IMG/VR virus record: IMGVR_UViG_3300012667_000440
Location: 1 to 64,000 of that record
Reading direction: 5' to 3' (one strand)
DNA length: 64,000 nt
Source: a virus
Lineage: Duplodnaviria > Caudoviricetes
Part shown: positions 57,146 to 64,000 of the stretch, in pieces
Layout of the letters: each line of letters starts with the position of its first letter
How positions within the stretch are numbered: the stretch's first letter is position 1
Notes under the pieces: generated by a model
What the model saw: the letters and a program-made list of their open reading frames with translations, nothing else
What the model was told of the DNA's origin: nothing
The model's database searches: none
Translations under genes and position numbers: made by a program

Positions 57146-58240
57146 GTGATGTTGGACGCATTCAAACAATTAGTAGAATCCGGGGTGATGTCAGAAGAGA
57201 CGAAGACAGTAGTCGAGACTGCATTTACTGCCAAAATTCAAGAGAACCGCGACCAAATCACCGCTCAACTACGCGAAGAGTTTGCTCAAAAATATACACA
57301 CGACAAGGGTGTTATGGTTGAAGCAATCGATAGAATGTTGAGTGAGAGATTGGCCGCAGAAATGGCTGAACTTGCTGAAGACAAGCGTGCATTAGCGGAA
57401 GCTAAAGTTGCTTATCAACACAAGATGAAAGGTGATGCTAAAGTTTTAGAATCATTTATCGTAAATCAGCTAGGAAAAGAGTTAGTAGAATTTCAAAGTG
57501 ACCGTCAAAAAGTTGCTGAGAATTTCCAAAAAATGGAACAATTTATTGTTCACGCTTTAGCTAAAGAAGTTCACGAATTTACTCAAGACAAGAAAGACCT
57601 AGCGGAAGCTAAAGTTAAGATTGTTAGAGAAGCTAAAGTACGTTTTGATGATATCAAAACACAATTCATTAAGCGTAGTGCTCAAGTTGTAGAAAGTACA
57701 GTTACTAAAAAGTTAACATCTGAAATCAAGCAATTGAAAGAAGATATTGATAGTGCCCGTACTAATGCATTTGGACGCCGCCTATTTGAAGCATTTGCAC
57801 AAGAATATTCTGCATCTTACATGAACGAAAAGTCTGAGACAACTAAGTTGTTAAAGGTTATCGAGAAGAAAGATTTAGAATTAACTGAAGCAAAGCAAGC
57901 TCTTGTAAAAAAGCAGAGCATTGTCGAATCTACCGAGCGCAATTTACGTGTTCAGAAAGATTTAGCAGAACGCAAAGCAATCATGAGCGAAATGTTAGCA
58001 CCTTTGGGCGCTGACAAAAGAGAACTTATGCGTAGTCTATTAGAAAGTGTTCAAACTTCTAAATTATCTACAGCATTTGACAAATACCTACCCGCAGTAA
58101 TGGAAGGCGAGAAAAGAAAAGTAGTGAAAACTGCTTTAACTGAATCAACATCCGTAACTGGAAACAGAGAAGTCAAAGCTCAGCCACAGGTAGGCTTAGA
58201 TAACATTTTAGATATCCGCAAACTAGCGGGATTAAAATAA
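57146..58240 (+). CDS. Prohead scaffolding protein (gp22-like)
   Basis: Coiled-coil protein between protease and capsid; AAGGAG RBS. Confidence 0.85.
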   Translation: MMLDAFKQLVESGVMSEETKTVVETAFTAKIQENRDQITAQLREEFAQKYTHDKGVMVEAIDRMLSERLAAEMAELAEDKRALAEAKVAYQHKMKGDAKVLESFIVNQLGKELVEFQSDRQKVAENFQKMEQFIVHALAKEVHEFTQDKKDLAEAKVKIVREAKVRFDDIKTQFIKRSAQVVESTVTKKLTSEIKQLKEDIDSARTNAFGRRLFEAFAQEYSASYMNEKSETTKLLKVIEKKDLELTEAKQALVKKQSIVESTERNLRVQKDLAERKAIMSEMLAPLGADKRELMRSLLESVQTSKLSTAFDKYLPAVMEGEKRKVVKTALTESTSVTGNREVKAQPQVGLDNILDIRKLAGLK

Positions 58241-58260
58241 TTATATTCAAGGAGACATAA

Positions 58261-59439
58261 ATGTCACAATTATTAAATGAAAGATGGTCAGAGACCAAAG
58301 AAGCTCTGCTTGAAGGCCTATCAGGTAACCGCAAGTCGTCTATGGCAGTTTGTTTAGAAAACACACGCCGTTATTTAGGTGAAAGTGCATCTGCTGGCGC
58401 TACAAGCTCTGGTAACATTGCAACACTAAACCGTGTTATTCTTCCAGTTATCCGTCGTGTTATGCCGACTGTTATTGCGAACGAAATCATCGGTGTTCAG
58501 CCTATGACTGGCCCAGTTGCTCAGATCCACACTCTACGTGTTCGTTATGCAGATAGCGGTGACAACGTGGTTGCAGGTGACGAAGCACTAAGCCCATTCA
58601 AGATCGCAGCTGGTTATTCTGGTAACAACGACAGTACTACTAGCCCAGGTGCTAATACTACTAGCGTTCTAGAAGGTCAACCAGGCAAGCGTATGAGCAT
58701 TCAAATCTTGAAGGCTCCAGTTGAAGCTAAGAGCCGTAAGCTCAGCGCTCGTTGGACATTCGAGGCTGCACAAGATGCACAAGCCCAACAAGGTATTGAC
58801 ATCGAAGCAGAAATCATGGCTGCTCTAGCACAAGAAATCACAGCAGAAATCGACCAAGAGATTCTAACAAGTCTACGTGGTTTGGCTACTGTTGAACAGA
58901 CATATGACCAGGCACTAGTTTCTGGTACAGCTACATTCGTCGGTGACGAGCACGCTGCTCTAGCTATCCAGATCAATCGCGTAAGCAACTTGATCGCACA
59001 ACGTACACGTCGTGGTGCAGGTAACTGGGCTGTTGTTTCTAACCAAGCGTTGACAATTCTTCAGTCTGCAACTACTTCGGCATTTGCACGTACTACAGAA
59101 GGTACTTTCGAAGCTCCTACAAACACAAAGTTTGTTGGTACATTGAACGGTGCAATGAAGATTTATGTTGACTCTTACAAGTCTGATGATGATGATGTTA
59201 ACCAGATCTTGATCGGTTACAAAGGTACAAGCGAAGCAGATGCTCCAGCATTCTACTGCCCTTACATTCCTTTGATGAGCTCCGGTGTTGTTCTTGATCC
59301 AGCAACATTCGAACCAGTCGTTGGTTTCTTAACACGTTACGGTTACGTACAGTTAAGCAACACTGCTAGTTCGCTCGGTAACGCAGCTGACTACTTAGGT
59401 AAAGTTGCTATCACTAGCGCAAACGTAAGTTTCAGATAA
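58261..59439 (+). CDS. Major capsid protein (gp23-like)
   Basis: IRRVMPTVIANEIIGVQPMTGP, EAKSRKLSARWTFEAAQD, AFYCPYIPL, TRYG. Confidence 0.97.
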   Translation: MSQLLNERWSETKEALLEGLSGNRKSSMAVCLENTRRYLGESASAGATSSGNIATLNRVILPVIRRVMPTVIANEIIGVQPMTGPVAQIHTLRVRYADSGDNVVAGDEALSPFKIAAGYSGNNDSTTSPGANTTSVLEGQPGKRMSIQILKAPVEAKSRKLSARWTFEAAQDAQAQQGIDIEAEIMAALAQEITAEIDQEILTSLRGLATVEQTYDQALVSGTATFVGDEHAALAIQINRVSNLIAQRTRRGAGNWAVVSNQALTILQSATTSAFARTTEGTFEAPTNTKFVGTLNGAMKIYVDSYKSDDDDVNQILIGYKGTSEADAPAFYCPYIPLMSSGVVLDPATFEPVVGFLTRYGYVQLSNTASSLGNAADYLGKVAITSANVSFR

Positions 59440-59465
59440 TCAAATACTTGGTATTATACCAAATA

Positions 59466-59487
59466 AAAACCCGCTTCGGCGGGTTTT
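59466..59487 (+). terminator. Rho-independent terminator after the capsid gene
   Basis: AAAACCCGC-TTCG-GCGGGTTTT. Confidence 0.9.
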
Positions 59488-59518
59488 CTATTGACTTAGA
59501 TTTCTAATAAATATCAAT

Positions 59519-60739
59519 ATGAAAATTAATGATTTATTATCTGAACTGCGACGAAATCCCACACAAAATATCAAAAAAGAGGGACATGCAGCAGCGGTTG
59601 AATTCTTAAAAACATTATCTTATTCAGATATACAATATTACGGAGTAACATTAACTCAACTGCCTAAACTAGGTGTTAATCCGCAATCTAAATATAATAC
59701 TCCATTGGCTATTTGTTTTTATCCAGCTGATTATTATCTTAAGAAAAAACGTAATGGTGAAAAAATGGAATTTCAAGATTCTGCACCTTATATACAGATT
59801 GTTGAAATAGTTAATAACTCTGTAGAAATTGATCAGTTATCAGAGTCTTCATTTACTTGGGCAATTGAGAAAATTTATAAGTTACTTCCTAATCTAGCGT
59901 CTACATTTAAAATTGATGCAGAGAAGTTGGGGGAAAATTTGGCAGAAATAATCGTAGATTCTACTTACAGTGCAAGAACCGCACAACCAGGTAGTAGATT
60001 ATGGTATATTTTAATGAGACTTTCAAGTGTGCTAACAACCGCCGATCCCGACGATCCTGACGATGACCGATTAATAGCCAATAGAACTTCGGTAGCATGG
60101 AACAAACTGTTACGACTGATTGGCTATGATGTAGTATTAGACAACGGAGCAGGCATATTGCATCCTGCTGAACCTTATCAAGGAATGGCACTTGATCCCA
60201 CTGCTGTTAAATTGGTTAAGATGTTTTACAATTCAAAAAAACCAGAAAAACATAACAATAGTTGGACTCATGTGTGGGCCCAGCAATTGCCTCCTGCGGA
60301 GTATGTAAAGATGGTTTCTGACTATATATCGATTAATACATATGAGATTACTGGTAATGAAAAAGATGCTAAAAAAGTTGGCCGCAAGGTATTTAAAATT
60401 TTTAAAGCACACCCGGAATTATATAACAACTATATGTTAAGTAAAATTAAAGCATTTGGTGCAATTTCTCAAGATTATGCTATTTCTAAATTTTTAAGAA
60501 TTAATTGGATAGCATATAGATGGAACACTGATACTAGTAAAATGACAATTAAGAGACTACTTGATAGTTATATAAAATCAAATATTATACCACCGATTGA
60601 TCAATTTAACAGCTTTATCTCACAATATAAGTTGTATAAAACTGAATTGATGCCATACTCTTCTGATCCGATGGCTGCAAAAATTTTTAAAGAAATTAGC
60701 GAATTTATTACTTTCATAGAACAGAACACACAATCATAA
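59519..60739 (+). CDS. Hypothetical protein, possible internal head protein
   Basis: 406 aa; N-terminus MKINDLLSE; TAAATA at 59508-59513. Confidence 0.75.
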   Translation: MKINDLLSELRRNPTQNIKKEGHAAAVEFLKTLSYSDIQYYGVTLTQLPKLGVNPQSKYNTPLAICFYPADYYLKKKRNGEKMEFQDSAPYIQIVEIVNNSVEIDQLSESSFTWAIEKIYKLLPNLASTFKIDAEKLGENLAEIIVDSTYSARTAQPGSRLWYILMRLSSVLTTADPDDPDDDRLIANRTSVAWNKLLRLIGYDVVLDNGAGILHPAEPYQGMALDPTAVKLVKMFYNSKKPEKHNNSWTHVWAQQLPPAEYVKMVSDYISINTYEITGNEKDAKKVGRKVFKIFKAHPELYNNYMLSKIKAFGAISQDYAISKFLRINWIAYRWNTDTSKMTIKRLLDSYIKSNIIPPIDQFNSFISQYKLYKTELMPYSSDPMAAKIFKEISEFITFIEQNTQS

Positions 60740-60823
60740 ATAACACTGTTCGCTCTTAATAGAGAGTTTATGTGGTAACCATCCATGTAGACCTAGAACG
60801 TCATAAACATAAAGGAAAACAAA

Positions 60824-61774
60824 ATGGGACGTCCAATTAAAAAGAAGTTTTTCGGTAACTTAAATACCGGATCAGGCAGCACAAGTGCTGACAATGGTAT
60901 CGGCGGTGAAGGTGTAGCAAGCGTTGTATTAAACGCAACTGGTAATTACACAACTCGCCCAACATTTACATTCAGCACACCACAAATTTCAGGTGGTGTT
61001 CGTGCTACTGGTACTATTACATCTGAAGCAAACACAGTTTCTCCAGACGGTACATTATTGAATGGTATTAATTATGTAGTCGGTGACCTGATTACATTTG
61101 CTGGTGTTACTGGTACAGTGGGTCGTGTTGCTACTGTAGGTAGTGGCCAAGGTGAAATTCAATCTATTGATTTTGTCGGTACTGGCACTAACCGTGGATC
61201 ATTCACAACATTGCCAACTAACAAAACTGGGTTAGCTGTTACAGTAGTTGGTAAGACTACCGGCGGCAGTGGATCGACTGGTACTGGCCAGACTGTTGCT
61301 ATTACATTCCGTGCTAGTGATGTTGTTATTACTGAAAAAGGTTCTGGATATTCTGCTGCTCCGACTGCAACTCCGACTCAATCAGTAACATTTACTTCAG
61401 TTGCATTGACATCGACTCAACAAGATGCAATTTCATTTACTTCTTACTTGACTACTGGTTCGAATGCTGTTACTGGCGGAGATATTATCAAACAAGAATC
61501 CAGCAGACGTTATTTGGTTCGTAACAGCGAAGGTACTGGACAGTGCAAATTGGTTGCAGCTGGTACACTAGCAGCAGGACAAATGAGTATTATTGCTACA
61601 GATCACGGCGGCGCTACATACTATGTAACTAAACTAACCGCTCGTAAAGCAAACTTAGTCAACAGAACTAACACTAGTACTGCATTGGTATCTATTCCTA
61701 CAGGCGGAACAGCCGCTTCTGGATGGACACTAGGTGCTGCAACTGGCACAGTTGTTACTATCGCTAGCGTTTAA
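60824..61774 (+). CDS. Gly/Thr-rich virion structural protein
   Basis: AAGGA RBS, late box at 60737-60742, GSGYSAAP motif, own terminator. Confidence 0.75.
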   Translation: MGRPIKKKFFGNLNTGSGSTSADNGIGGEGVASVVLNATGNYTTRPTFTFSTPQISGGVRATGTITSEANTVSPDGTLLNGINYVVGDLITFAGVTGTVGRVATVGSGQGEIQSIDFVGTGTNRGSFTTLPTNKTGLAVTVVGKTTGGSGSTGTGQTVAITFRASDVVITEKGSGYSAAPTATPTQSVTFTSVALTSTQQDAISFTSYLTTGSNAVTGGDIIKQESSRRYLVRNSEGTGQCKLVAAGTLAAGQMSIIATDHGGATYYVTKLTARKANLVNRTNTSTALVSIPTGGTAASGWTLGAATGTVVTIASV

Positions 61775-61789
61775 TTTAATTAAACTATA

Positions 61790-61813
61790 AAAAGGACTCT
61801 TTGGAGTCCTTTT
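61790..61813 (+). terminator. Rho-independent terminator
   Basis: AAAAGGACTC-TTTG-GAGTCCTTTT. Confidence 0.88.
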
Positions 61814-61832
61814 CTTTTAGGTAAATATTGCT

Positions 61833-62351
61833 ATGACTACTAATTGGGCATTTGCCGAAAATATAATTCAACAAGCTGAAGTGGAACAGCACGCACGCTG
61901 GCGCGGCGAAGATACTGGATTTTCTGGAATTAAATCAGATCTATATGGTGCTATCAACACTGAAAGCGATTTATATCATGTAGCAAATCCCAGTGTTAAT
62001 GATCGTAAAACAAAAACTTACTATCTATATCTTACTAATTTTAGGCTGAATAACGTTCCTGAAACAATTTCAGGAGTTGAAGTATTAATTGCAATGAATC
62101 GCAAAGGCCGCGTAACCGACGAAACAATTCGACTAAGACACAATGATGAATTTATTGGTCATAATCGTGCAGATTTTAAGTTAGATCAAATTAAAATATA
62201 CGGAAGTGATACTGACACTTGGAACGCTGATATTACTCGAGCGATGGTGCTAGACAGTTCATTTGGAGTAGGTATTAGATTTCAAAGTCATCCAAACTGG
62301 CCGCATAAAGATACACCGGTAATCGACTACGTTAAACTAAGAGTTTGGTAA
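61833..62351 (+). CDS. Hypothetical virion protein
   Basis: 172 aa; TAAATA at 61822-61827. Confidence 0.75.
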   Translation: MTTNWAFAENIIQQAEVEQHARWRGEDTGFSGIKSDLYGAINTESDLYHVANPSVNDRKTKTYYLYLTNFRLNNVPETISGVEVLIAMNRKGRVTDETIRLRHNDEFIGHNRADFKLDQIKIYGSDTDTWNADITRAMVLDSSFGVGIRFQSHPNWPHKDTPVIDYVKLRVW

Positions 62352-62379
62352 TCCAATAAATACAGTAAAGGAATTTTCA

Positions 62380-63396
62380 ATGAGTACCGATGTTTTAAAA
62401 GTATCAGGCAACTACCTGTTAGATGCAAGAAATGGTGACATAACAATCAATGTGACCAATGCTTCTACTGACCATACTGGTACAGTAACTATCATTGGTA
62501 ATTTAGATGTTATTGGACAAAGCACACAAATTGAAGTGCAAGATTCTAGAATAAAAGATAATATTCTAGTGTTAAACAGCGGTGAAACTAATGCCTATGT
62601 TAGTCTCGGAACTAGCGGTCTGCTGATTGCACGGGGAAACAGTGATGAATTACCTAATGCTGCAACATTGCTTTATAATGATGCTAACTATTGGAACGTT
62701 TCCAGTGTGTCTACTCGAGGAGTATTTGAATTTAACTCTGCATTAGCAGGCTCTGCAATTCAAATAAATGCAATTAGAATTAATCAAAGTAACGGAAATT
62801 TAACATTAAATATTCTCGGCGATGATAATCCTCTAGGGATGATTAATGTTAAAGGTACTGATAACTACGCATCGAGAGTGCTTGACGATGACGATATCCC
62901 TAACAAAAAATACGTAGATAGTGCAGTTTATTCGGGCACTGATATTGCAAAGAGATTGCAAGTAGGAGATTCTGCATTCAGAATTGTTGATAATTCTCTA
63001 GCTCCAACTGATCCGTTTTTTGCACCTTCGTCAAAAATTTGGGGAACACTCAATACTAGCACCAATGTAGTATTTAGATTAGAAGGTACAGAAGCACAAA
63101 TACAAGGTATTACTATTAACGATCATGTTATTAGTGTCAATACTACTGCTACTGATTTGGTACTTCAGGTACAAACAGGCACTAACATTGTAAGTGGAAC
63201 TGCATCAGTTGCAATTGATTCTCCGTTAAAGTTAAAAGAGTATCCTTATGGTATAACTCCGGAAGAATTTAACACAACTATTTACAACTCAGGAACGCCC
63301 GGCGGCGGCGGCACAGGTTTATATTACGTAAATACAACTGATAGCGACGAGCTTGTAAGCCGTAGAAAAGCAATCATTTACGGAATCATATTTTAA
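62380..63396 (+). CDS. Virion structural protein
   Basis: TAAATA at 62357-62362; AAGGA RBS; IIGNLDVIG..T and DIPNKKYVD fibre-like motifs. Confidence 0.75.
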   Translation: MSTDVLKVSGNYLLDARNGDITINVTNASTDHTGTVTIIGNLDVIGQSTQIEVQDSRIKDNILVLNSGETNAYVSLGTSGLLIARGNSDELPNAATLLYNDANYWNVSSVSTRGVFEFNSALAGSAIQINAIRINQSNGNLTLNILGDDNPLGMINVKGTDNYASRVLDDDDIPNKKYVDSAVYSGTDIAKRLQVGDSAFRIVDNSLAPTDPFFAPSSKIWGTLNTSTNVVFRLEGTEAQIQGITINDHVISVNTTATDLVLQVQTGTNIVSGTASVAIDSPLKLKEYPYGITPEEFNTTIYNSGTPGGGGTGLYYVNTTDSDELVSRRKAIIYGIIF

Positions 63397-63406
63397 GGTT
63401 ATATAC

Positions 63407-63727
63407 ATGTCTATTACAAATATTCGAGTTGAATCAACTCAGGCTACACGACTATTTTTAGCAACTGGAGAACAGGCAGTTACTACCATGTTTTTCTGCA
63501 ATACTTCAGATGTGGATGATTGTTTAGTTGATATTTTTGTCAACCCAAACGGAATTCCTCCGGGCACAAGTTCGACACAAATTATTAATTCTTTATCATT
63601 ACCTAAGTCAGAAACGTTTGTTTTTGATGCTGAAAAACTTATTTTAGATAATGACGATGAAATTTGGGCCAAAGCTACAGTAAATAATATCGTAGTAGCA
63701 ACTATTAGTTCTGTACGCACATCATGA
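63407..63727 (+). CDS. Small virion structural protein
   Basis: 106 aa beta-rich; AAGGT RBS. Confidence 0.7.
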   Translation: MSITNIRVESTQATRLFLATGEQAVTTMFFCNTSDVDDCLVDIFVNPNGIPPGTSSTQIINSLSLPKSETFVFDAEKLILDNDDEIWAKATVNNIVVATISSVRTS

Positions 63728-64000
63728 GATATATTAAAAAACTTGCCCTCAACAAGAAAGATCCGCAAAACGATCGATTCTCTGTTCTGCAGGATGATCG
63801 AATTGTTACTTCTAGTGCATCTAGTATGGAAGTTCCTTACGGTGCAAAGGAAGATCGACCTACTAATTTAGTCGACGGCACTATTAGATTTAATACTACT
63901 TTACAAGAATTTGAAGTATACAACAGTCAGAATCCTGGATTTAAACCCTGGGAAATTTTAAGAACTATTCGTCAAGCAACAATTACTTCTCAAAATTTAG
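63724..64000 (+). CDS. Virion structural protein (3' end cut by window edge)
   Basis: ATGA overlap; MRYIKK...EVPYG..EDRP...GTIRFNTTLQEFEVY, open to the window end. Confidence 0.75.
   Translation, partial: MRYIKKLALNKKDPQNDRFSVLQDDRIVTSSASSMEVPYGAKEDRPTNLVDGTIRFNTTLQEFEVYNSQNPGFKPWEILRTIRQATITSQNL

Noticed and set aside
60741-60800. TAACACTG start resembling a twister ribozyme
   Set aside because: No matching P2 3' strand (AGTG) and no pseudoknot partners found.
1-64000. tRNA genes, introns, inteins, integrase or stop-codon reassignment
   Set aside because: No cloverleaf motifs noticed by eye; thyA, gp46, portal and capsid are uninterrupted; genes translate full length in the standard code. 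tRNAscan-SE would be needed to exclude tRNAs formally.

Overview
This 64 kb window is part of a large T4-superfamily-like myophage genome, distant from T4 itself. From left to right it holds: (1) a 7-deazaguanine cluster (QueD-like, folE, queE) interrupted by a GT-B glycosyltransferase and a short UDP-glucose dehydrogenase; (2) RNase H and conserved hypotheticals; (3) a GC-richer MoxR AAA ATPase and peptidase-VWA pair, each with a near-identical sigma70-type promoter; (4) DHFR and thymidylate synthase; (5) a 30 kb minus-strand baseplate/tail-fibre cluster (four paralogous fibre-like genes, a 4296-aa protein, gp6, gp25, gp5, hub, gp53, gp48/54-like); (6) a gp55-like late sigma factor, a methyltransferase, gp47/gp46, an Hc1-like protein and a GIY-YIG protein; (7) a ~510 nt ORF-free, densely base-paired region that looks like a large ncRNA with a pseudoknot; (8) gp51/gp26-like genes, a tape-measure-like gene, portal, core, protease, scaffold, major capsid and virion genes. 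Late promoters are TAAATA boxes, and five lie exactly 5 nt before an ATG, suggesting leaderless late mRNAs. The best leads are the structured RNA beside the GIY-YIG gene and a possible sugar-modified 7-deazaguanine pathway. All calls come from reading motifs by eye; no searches or folding programs were run.
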